DNA of 64,000 nucleotides from Verrucomicrobiia bacterium (GTDB lineage Bacteria; Verrucomicrobiota; Verrucomicrobiia; Limisphaerales; UBA8199): NCBI GenBank assembly GCA_035934555.1, contig DASYXT010000141.1, positions 25,812 to 89,811 of the forward strand, read 5' to 3'. Shown piece by piece: positions 57,604 to 64,000 of this stretch (position 1 is its first letter; each line of letters starts with the position of its first letter). The notes under the pieces were generated by a model. It saw only the letters and a program-made list of their open reading frames with translations, ran no database searches and was not told where the DNA came from. The position numbers and the translations under genes were made by a program.

Positions 57604-58185
57604 ATGATCTACCGGACGATCCTCTTATTCGGCGCTCCTGGCGCGGGCAAAGGTACTCAAGGCAAAATCCTGGGCACAATCCCCAACTTCTTCCACTGCG
57701 CCTGCGGTGACGTTTTCCGCAGCATGAAGGCCGACAGCGACGTCGGCCGCATCTTTCTGGAATACTCCAGTCGGGGCGAGTTGGTGCCGGACCAACCCAC
57801 CGTTGACCTGTGGCACCATTATATCGAAAGCTGCACCAAGAGCAGCCGGTTCCGGCCGGAGGCGGATACGCTGGTGTTGGACGGTATCCCGCGCAATGTG
57901 TCTCAAGCAAAGATGCTGGAAAGCAGGCTGGACGTGGTGGCCGTATTTAACCTGCGTTGCGCCAACCCGGATGTGTTGATCCAGCGGCTGCAAGGCCGCG
58001 CGCTGAAGGAAAATCGGCTCGACGATGCCAACCTCGAAGTCATTCGGAATCGGTTGCAAACCTATGAGCGCGAAAGCCGGCCGGTGCTTGATTTCTATGA
58101 TAAGAGCATCGTGCGCGAGGTGGACGCGGGCCAGACGCCGGTGCAGGTTCTGGCGGAGATTCTGAACCGCATTATAACAATTTAG
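57604..58185 (+). CDS. adk: adenylate kinase (short-LID type)
   Basis: The ATG at 57604 gives MIYRTILLFGAPGAGKGTQ (the P-loop), with LDGIPRN and a short LID with no Zn-binding cysteines. Confidence 0.88.
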   Translation: MIYRTILLFGAPGAGKGTQGKILGTIPNFFHCACGDVFRSMKADSDVGRIFLEYSSRGELVPDQPTVDLWHHYIESCTKSSRFRPEADTLVLDGIPRNVSQAKMLESRLDVVAVFNLRCANPDVLIQRLQGRALKENRLDDANLEVIRNRLQTYERESRPVLDFYDKSIVREVDAGQTPVQVLAEILNRIITI

Positions 58186-58187
58186 CT

Positions 58188-58403
58188 GTGCAGGAGCAGT
58201 TCAAGACATTCACCGCGAGCGAGCTTTATTGTCCCAAGTGCGGGAAATCGCAGCCCGTCCGCGAGCGGCTGCTGCTGGTGCTGCCATCGGGTGAACTGCA
58301 CGAATTCCTCTGCGCACAGTGTGCGACTTCCTTAGGCAAACGCACCGTTACGGCTCCCCCGGTGGCGCCGGTGCGCCCGCCTGCGCCGAGACGCCGGCGT
58401 TAA
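58188..58403 (+). CDS. small zinc-ribbon protein with Pro/Arg-rich tail
   Basis: It has a GTG start 2 nt after the adk stop. The CPKCG...CAQC four-cysteine arrangement is present. Confidence 0.45.
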   Translation: MQEQFKTFTASELYCPKCGKSQPVRERLLLVLPSGELHEFLCAQCATSLGKRTVTAPPVAPVRPPAPRRRR

Positions 58404-58518
58404 CATTGTGTTTCAGAATGTGGGAGACGAGGTAGCGAGCCTCTGATCTGCCCAGACGCGCCACAAGAACACCGGTAAAAATGCTGCGAACGCCCCTGCC
58501 GAACTGCTAGACTGCACG

Positions 58519-60318
58519 GTGATGAACAATTCAGGCCGATTACGGATTGGCGATGATTGGCACGCCATCACCATTATTGCGCTATCGCAGCAAAATCCCT
58601 TGAAAGCGGTCGCCGAGTTCGTCGAGAACAGCATCGACGCCAAAGCGCGAAACATCACCATCACGCGTGGGCGTGAGAAGGGCCAGCATTTCCTGCGGAT
58701 TAAAGATGACGGGGAGGGAGTTCCGCGGGACGCGCAGGGGCTGCCGGATTTTCAGTATGTCGCGACGCACATCTGCGATTCGATCAAGCGGCAGCTCAAA
58801 CACAATGGCTCAACCGGCGTGCAGGGGGAGTTCGGCATCGGCCTGCTCAGTTTCTGGACGGTCGGAGAGGAACTCCTGTTGGCCTCAGCCGCCGGCGATG
58901 GCCGCACTTACCAGATGCACATGCGCAAGGGCAACCCAAAATATGAGGTGAAACAGAAAGGAATATTATTTGCTGAAGGGGGAACGGAGTTGACGGTCCG
59001 GCCATTGCTGCCGGGCATTCGACAGTTCAGTGGTGAGAAACTGCAGTGGTACCTGGCTTCCGAGCTCCGGGACCGCATCCGGCAATCCGGCGTGCAAATC
59101 AGAATTGTCGATCGCACCGCACGCGCCGAATTCAAAGTCGAGCCGCGCCAGTTCGAAGGTCGCTTGCTGCATCAAATCAACCGCCAGCCATCGCCGCAGA
59201 CCTATCTGGAGCTTTATTTGAACCCGCCCGGCCAGGACAACGTGGTCGGCCTTTACCGCGCCGGCACCCGCGTCCTGGAGAATATCTGCGAGTTGGCCAT
59301 GTTCTCCAAGCCGCCTTGGAACAGCGGCTACCTCCAGGGCATGGTCGATGCCGGCTACCTGAACCTGACACCGGGCACCCGCACGGGAGTGATCCAAGAC
59401 GAAACCCTCGCCCGGCTCGCCGCCGAGTTGCAGCCCCTCGAGGAGCAAGCATTGCGGTTAATCGATGAACAACGCCGCGCTGAAGAGGAACAGACCAGCC
59501 GTGATGTCTTGCGCTCGATTCAAAAGGCCCTCAAGGAGGCCATCCTGACTTTGCCCGCTGAGGAATACGACTGGTTCAATATCCGCGAAGGAGAAGTGAT
59601 AATCCGCGAGGGCGCTGCCGCCAGGTCTGTTCAGGACACCGCCGCGCCAGACAACGAGCCGCTGATCATTCAAGAGACCTCGGCCGGACCCTCCTCCGCC
59701 GCGGGCGAACAAAAACAATTTTTCGAGTATCCCGGTCCTTTGTTCAGCGCGCGGATTTCACCCGGCTCAGTGGTGCTGCCCGTCAATGGGACAAAAAATC
59801 TCCGGGCGGTTCCGCGCGACCGCGCCCAACGGTTGGTGGAAGACAATCTGGATTTCCGTTGGACCATGGTTGAAGGGGAAGGCCGGCTGGAGAAGGATAC
59901 GGACGAGATTGCGACCTTTCACGCTCCAGCCGAACCGGGGTTGACACGCATTCGCGTGGCCGTCACGCAAGGCGACGTGAGTTGCCAAGTGGAGGCTCTG
60001 GTGACCGTGACCCAATCGCTGCTGCCACCGCCGAAAGAACGCGAGGTCACCCGCGAAGGAATCCCGGCCTATACTTTTCAGCGCGCGCCAGGTGAGCTAT
60101 GGCGTTCGAGGCTCGATGCCCAGAAAAACCTGATCGTGGTCAACAGCGGGCATCGGGATTTTGTTTATGCCGCCCGCCATAAGGCCCTCAAGCTGCGCTA
60201 CATCAGCCGGTTGTACGCCAAGGAATTGGTCTTGCGCAATTTTGTCGGTGTTCCAGCGGAGCAACTGCTCGAACGGCTCATCGAACTGAGCCTCTACACG
60301 GAAGAGAATTTGAAATAG
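58519..60318 (+). CDS. GHKL-superfamily ATPase (HATPase_c_3, MORC/MutL-like) with coiled coil and Ig-like domain
   Basis: Bergerat-fold motifs are present: N-box AVAEFVENSIDAKA, G1 IKDDGEGV and G2 GEFGIGLLSF. Downstream there is a coiled coil (LEEQALRLIDEQRRAEEEQ), a beta-rich Big-like segment (ISPGSVVLPVNGTKNLRAV...IRVAVTQGD) and a conserved-looking C-terminal module (VNSGHRDFVYA...RYISRLYAKEL). Confidence 0.75.
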   Translation: MMNNSGRLRIGDDWHAITIIALSQQNPLKAVAEFVENSIDAKARNITITRGREKGQHFLRIKDDGEGVPRDAQGLPDFQYVATHICDSIKRQLKHNGSTGVQGEFGIGLLSFWTVGEELLLASAAGDGRTYQMHMRKGNPKYEVKQKGILFAEGGTELTVRPLLPGIRQFSGEKLQWYLASELRDRIRQSGVQIRIVDRTARAEFKVEPRQFEGRLLHQINRQPSPQTYLELYLNPPGQDNVVGLYRAGTRVLENICELAMFSKPPWNSGYLQGMVDAGYLNLTPGTRTGVIQDETLARLAAELQPLEEQALRLIDEQRRAEEEQTSRDVLRSIQKALKEAILTLPAEEYDWFNIREGEVIIREGAAARSVQDTAAPDNEPLIIQETSAGPSSAAGEQKQFFEYPGPLFSARISPGSVVLPVNGTKNLRAVPRDRAQRLVEDNLDFRWTMVEGEGRLEKDTDEIATFHAPAEPGLTRIRVAVTQGDVSCQVEALVTVTQSLLPPPKEREVTREGIPAYTFQRAPGELWRSRLDAQKNLIVVNSGHRDFVYAARHKALKLRYISRLYAKELVLRNFVGVPAEQLLERLIELSLYTEENLK

Positions 60319-60436
60319 ATCTGAATGGCCGCCGGGACCCAGAAATCGATCTTAAGGAATTCAAAGCGGTCCAAGGCCCAAGCAATTGAAGATTTTCTTC
60401 ATACCGACGCTTTGAATTCTTTGGGGGCTCCGCAAC

Positions 60437-61687
60437 TCACCCGAACTTCCGCGTCAAGCGGTGGCGGTCGTAAGCCCGGCGCTGTTCGGGAGCCATGCGG
60501 GAAAAATCCGGTGCGCCATTGGCCAACATCGGCCAGGAGGCCCCCCCTAAGGCGGCAGTTGAAGCTCCGGCCGGTGATGAAGAAGTAACCGTTACCCTCG
60601 AGCGACTGCGGTTATTCGCGTCATAGCTCATCGCTGAGTCGGTTAATTCGAGATCACGCTCGAGCGAGAGCTTGGGTTTGATTCCCTTCCCCTGAAGCAC
60701 GCCGTGGTAGGCGCGCACGGCTTCTTCCGGCGAAATTTTCCCGTCGGAGATCAGCCGCAGCATTTCAATGAACGCGAGCTGATGTTCGGCGTTGTTGATC
60801 TTGCGGCCAAACAAGGCGACGCGCGCGCCGTACTTCTGCGCATCGTGCAGGAGTTTAAACGCATCGTAAGTTGTTCCCGCGCTGCCGCCCAGAATCCCAA
60901 CCACCAGATTCGGGTCGTATTGGGCCAGCTCCTCCATAGCGCGCGGGCCGTGATAGACAATCTTAAGGAATAGCGGACGGCCGCTCTCGGGCACGCCGGC
61001 GAGTGCGCGCACGATGTTGTCGTTGATGAACTCGCCCAGCTTTTCCGCCGGGATGCCGCTCGGAACATTCGGATCGAACACTTCCAGAAAATAGCGAAAG
61101 CCCTTCCGCTCGGCTTCTTCGCGAAAGCATTTAAAGGCGAGCAGCGTCGCGCGGTCCTGTTTGACATCGTTGAGGAAGGTCACCGAATACAGCCCAAGGT
61201 TCGCGCCGGGAAAGCCACCCGCTTCCCGGGCGCACTCGATCTTGCCGCATTGGATTTGGTCGATGGTGGCGCTGCGAAACGGTTGCGCCGGCTCGGCCAT
61301 ATAGCAGCCGTGGCGGACGGCCCAGACGTCCGTCGCATCGTTGGCGCGCGCCGCCGGCGTCACGTCGGATTGTCCAAATAGGCCCTCTTTGATGGTGAGT
61401 TGCTCGTTGACGTAAGCCGACATCAGCATGACGTCCACCAGGCCCTGGTGGACCACTTCGCGGATGATGTCGAGGAATTCCGGCAGGTTCCGGTACCCAT
61501 ACTCGGCCCGGGTCCAAATCTCCGGAGAGAATCGGGCCGGCCGCTCCCCCTGCCCCGCCAGATACGAACGCGGGCCCGGCGCGCGAACCCCGAACGCCAT
61601 GTCCGCATCTTTTGCGTCAGCCAGGATAAACGCTCGCGAGGAGCGATTCGCTTTAATCTCGGCCAGCTTGCGGTCCAGCGACTTCAT
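60437..61687 (-). CDS. predicted (beta/alpha)8 aldolase-like protein
   Basis: The alternating beta/alpha pattern (FILADAKDADM, YFLEVFDPN, LFLKIVYHGP, VVGILGGSAGTT, ALFGRKIN) resembles class I aldolase/DeoC-type TIM barrels. This was not verified by search. The C-terminal tail is disordered. Confidence 0.35.
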   Translation of the reverse strand: MKSLDRKLAEIKANRSSRAFILADAKDADMAFGVRAPGPRSYLAGQGERPARFSPEIWTRAEYGYRNLPEFLDIIREVVHQGLVDVMLMSAYVNEQLTIKEGLFGQSDVTPAARANDATDVWAVRHGCYMAEPAQPFRSATIDQIQCGKIECAREAGGFPGANLGLYSVTFLNDVKQDRATLLAFKCFREEAERKGFRYFLEVFDPNVPSGIPAEKLGEFINDNIVRALAGVPESGRPLFLKIVYHGPRAMEELAQYDPNLVVGILGGSAGTTYDAFKLLHDAQKYGARVALFGRKINNAEHQLAFIEMLRLISDGKISPEEAVRAYHGVLQGKGIKPKLSLERDLELTDSAMSYDANNRSRSRVTVTSSSPAGASTAALGGASWPMLANGAPDFSRMAPEQRRAYDRHRLTRKFG

Positions 61688-61690
61688 CGG

Positions 61691-62617
61691 TCAGGTCCTC
61701 ACTTGCGCCAAAGTGGCTTTCAATGCGCGAGCCGATTGCTGCAGGCCCAGTTCCTCCTTGGGCCAGAGCTTCAACGCCTCCTGTCGGAGCACCCCGCGCC
61801 GGCCAACGGCACACGGAACACTTAAGCAAATCCCACTGATTCCATAGGCACCCTGCACCAAAGACGACACCGGCAGCAGTGCCTGCTGGTCCAGCAGCAC
61901 CGCATGAATGACGTCACGGATGGCCAGCGCCACGGCCCAGCCTGCGCCGCCCTTCTTCTTTATCACTTCCGCGCCGCTGCCTTTTGTCCGCTCGAAAATG
62001 GCATTCTGAAATCCTGGGTTGCACTCAGACATGCTGGTCAGCGGCAAGCCGTTCACGGTAGCACCGGACCAAACGGGGACCATCGAATCACCATGTTCGC
62101 CAAGGATAAGCGCTTTAACCTGGGTTGCGGCCAGTTTGAGCTCGGCGGCCAGCAACGAACTGAAGCGAGCCGTATCGAGCATGGTGCCGAGGCCATAAAC
62201 CTGTTGCCAGGGCAGCCCCAATTTCTCCAGCGCCAGGTGCGTCAGGATATCCACCGGATTGGATACGACGAAAACGTGAGCCTCCTTGCGCACCCCAGCC
62301 ATCTTCAGGCTATCGAGAATCTGGACGAACAGCGTGACGTTCCGGTTGATGAGGTCCAGGCGCGATTCATCCGGTTTGCGGCGCAACCCCGCCGTGAGCA
62401 GGAACACGTCGCTATCGGCGGCGCGCGAGTAATCGCCGGCATAAATCCGCTGATCGCCCGCGACCGACGCGCCGTGCAACAGGTCCAGCGCTTCGCCTTC
62501 GGCCAGCGCGCTGTTGGCGTCCAGAAGCTGTATTTCCGAAACCAGCCCCGCGCACTGCAGCGCAAACGCCGCACAGGAACCGACGCGCCCACCTCCACCT
62601 ATAATGGTGACTTTCAT
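61691..62617 (-). CDS. L-lactate/malate dehydrogenase family protein
   Basis: MKVTIIGGGGRVGS is the Rossmann motif (ATG at 62617; an alternative start lies at 62653), with LLDAN...EGEALDL, TAGLRRKPDESRLDL and the catalytic-His context LGEHGDS. Confidence 0.85.
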   Translation of the reverse strand: MKVTIIGGGGRVGSCAAFALQCAGLVSEIQLLDANSALAEGEALDLLHGASVAGDQRIYAGDYSRAADSDVFLLTAGLRRKPDESRLDLINRNVTLFVQILDSLKMAGVRKEAHVFVVSNPVDILTHLALEKLGLPWQQVYGLGTMLDTARFSSLLAAELKLAATQVKALILGEHGDSMVPVWSGATVNGLPLTSMSECNPGFQNAIFERTKGSGAEVIKKKGGAGWAVALAIRDVIHAVLLDQQALLPVSSLVQGAYGISGICLSVPCAVGRRGVLRQEALKLWPKEELGLQQSARALKATLAQVRT

Positions 62618-62726
62618 GGCAACGAAGACATCTGAGTGGGTGATGCCGTCCATGGCCGTTTTCCGCGTGCGCAGGTGGAACAGGTTACCTCTAGCAGCAG
62701 CGGCTGATAATGGGCTCCCGAGCAGG

Positions 62727-63788
62727 TCATGACCGCAGCCCTTTCAAGATTTGTTCAGTAATCGCCTGAACCAAGGTCTCGGCCTGCGGGTCAGGAATTG
62801 CCCCCCCGGGTGTGCCGTTGCCACCCTCCGCCGCAGCGGGTAAAGCACAGGCCACCCCCGGACGCCAACCCTCATTATCGCACAGTTCGCATTCCTTGAG
62901 ACCAAACCGCGGATCGGGAATGCCCAGGCTCTGCTTAATCTTCAGCAGGTCCTGGAGCTGAGTGGGGGTCATGGTATTGACCGGCTTGCCCAATTGCGAG
63001 GCGACCAGCACCGTTCGGCAATAGGCCTCGAGGATTTCCACTTTGAAATAGGCGTCCTCGATATTGTTATGGCTCCAGGTCACCACGCCGTGGTTGGCCA
63101 TGAGAATCGTGTTGTGCTTATCTACCAGATCGGCCACCAGCTTGCCCATCTCCGGAGTCCCCGGCGTCCGATACGGCGCGATGGCCACCGACGCGAACAC
63201 TTCAAACTCGGGGATCATGCACGTGGGCGGTTCAACGCCGGCCACCGCAAACCCTGTTGCGTGAGGCGGGTGGCAATGCACGCTGGCCATCGCCCGCGGT
63301 TGGCGTTTCATAATCTGCAGGTGCATCAGAATCTCGCTGGTGCGCTTTTTTGTCCCGGCCAATTGATTGCCTTCCAGGTCCACCAGGCACATGTCCTCCG
63401 GTTTCATGAAACCCTTCGATACCAGCGTCGGCGTGCAGAGAGCGAGGTCCTCGCCGACACGAATGGCGAGATTGCCGCCATTGCCATCGACGTATTCGCG
63501 CAGCCAGAGGCGCCGGCCGATTTCACACAACTCCTGCTTTAACTGGTTGAGGCGCGGCGAATTAAAAAAACTCTCGATTTCAGCAGGCGAACTCTTTGAT
63601 GTCACCGCGCGGCTCGGCGGAACCACTGCCCCCGCGGTGACCACAGCCGTCGGTCCATTGCGGCTTTGCAGGTCGCGCAGAAAATCGCGCGCTGACGGCG
63701 TGAGCAAGGCGTCCTCAGGCAAAATGGGAGCACCATTGCCGTCGCGGACCATTTGTTCCAAATCGCGCAAACTTATCACCTGTTTCAT
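62727..63788 (-). CDS. class II aldolase/adducin-domain protein (fuculose/rhamnulose-phosphate aldolase-like) with N- and C-terminal extensions
   Basis: The core GNGGNLAIRV...TSEILMHLQIM...VHCHPPHATGFA...MANHGVVTW is the class II aldolase signature. There is a ~70-aa N-terminal extension, and a C-terminal Gly/Pro linker followed by the amphipathic helix ETLVQAITEQILKGL. Confidence 0.85.
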   Translation of the reverse strand: MKQVISLRDLEQMVRDGNGAPILPEDALLTPSARDFLRDLQSRNGPTAVVTAGAVVPPSRAVTSKSSPAEIESFFNSPRLNQLKQELCEIGRRLWLREYVDGNGGNLAIRVGEDLALCTPTLVSKGFMKPEDMCLVDLEGNQLAGTKKRTSEILMHLQIMKRQPRAMASVHCHPPHATGFAVAGVEPPTCMIPEFEVFASVAIAPYRTPGTPEMGKLVADLVDKHNTILMANHGVVTWSHNNIEDAYFKVEILEAYCRTVLVASQLGKPVNTMTPTQLQDLLKIKQSLGIPDPRFGLKECELCDNEGWRPGVACALPAAAEGGNGTPGGAIPDPQAETLVQAITEQILKGLRS

Positions 63789-64000
63789 GCGGAAAGCGGG
63801 TTATAGAAAACTTCATCCACCAGAATGGCGGTAATCGCATCAATCGGCGCAGGCGGGTCCAGCGGGCATGCCGCCTCGCGGCCTTCGACAAAGCCGACGC
63901 CCTGCCCCACCGCCGCGCCCAGGCAATCGTAACTGACCAGGGTGGGCTCTTTGCTTAGACCCTCGGGGATAGCCGAGCCGTGCGGATAGTTTTCCCTGCT
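63785..64000 (-). CDS. bacterial microcompartment vertex protein (EutN/CcmL, BMC-P), 5' end outside window
   Basis: My own translation of the minus strand gives ...LVSYDCLGAAVGQGVGFVEGREAACPLDPPAPIDAITAILVDEVFYNPLSA*. This matches the EutN/CcmL pattern (D.vGAG.G..V....G..A......P.DaaIvgIVD). The stop overlaps the aldolase start (ATGA). Confidence 0.7.
   Translation of the reverse strand, partial: SRENYPHGSAIPEGLSKEPTLVSYDCLGAAVGQGVGFVEGREAACPLDPPAPIDAITAILVDEVFYNPLSA

Noticed and set aside
56840-57910. 356-aa minus-strand ORF
   Set aside because: It is extremely Arg/Cys/Ser/Pro-rich and overlaps the DUF883 gene, the small membrane ORF and the adk start on the other strand.
57604-58403. adk plus the downstream zinc-ribbon ORF as a split zinc-LID adenylate kinase
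   Set aside because: The Adk has a complete short LID and needs no insert. The zinc-ribbon ORF has its own start and a Pro/Arg tail unlike an Adk LID, so the adjacency is probably coincidental.

Overview
GC-rich bacterial chromosomal window, densely coding on both strands. The gene content suggests a Planctomycetes-Verrucomicrobia-type (PVC, probably Verrucomicrobiota) host, but this is inference only. The supporting features are Tat-signal Gfo/Idh/MocA oxidoreductases, a prepilin-type 'H-x9-DG'-like protein, a GH95 fucosidase, GDP-mannose 3,5-epimerase, and the edge of a microcompartment (EutN/CcmL plus class II aldolase) locus.

Most of the window is housekeeping: acs, trpA, tsaD, ispD, pncB, rho, secA, adk, glpFDK, bshAB, a Ctp protease, prolyl oligopeptidase, and two two-component systems.

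The most unusual locus is a translationally coupled four-gene operon at 44230..49185. It encodes two small WXG100/ESAT-6-like helical proteins that carry W-x-D instead of W-x-G, a coiled-coil protein, and a 1292-aa membrane ATPase. The ATPase has three FtsK/SpoIIIE-like modules, of which only the middle one is catalytically intact. This is a minimal type VII (ESX/Ess)-like signature in an apparently diderm genome with no other known T7SS components nearby, and it is bracketed by repeat elements.

Other items worth a second look:
- a sigma-54 promoter plus intrinsic terminator unit (candidate sRNA or leader) divergent from an HK/NtrC pair
- sigma-54-like promoters upstream of rho and secA
- an LMW-PTP/RpiB/SHMT triple fusion
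- a GDP-mannose 3,5-epimerase / two sugar kinases / deoxyhypusine-synthase-like / GH95 operon
- a decayed integron-like arrangement (frameshifted intI fragment, attC-like palindrome, small cassette-like ORFs)
- an orphan GHKL (MORC/MutL-like) ATPase
- an S41 peptidase paralog lacking the Ser/Lys dyad
- two dispersed repeat families

I saw no rRNA, tRNA or CRISPR array. All calls come from reading the translations and DNA by eye; no database search was run.
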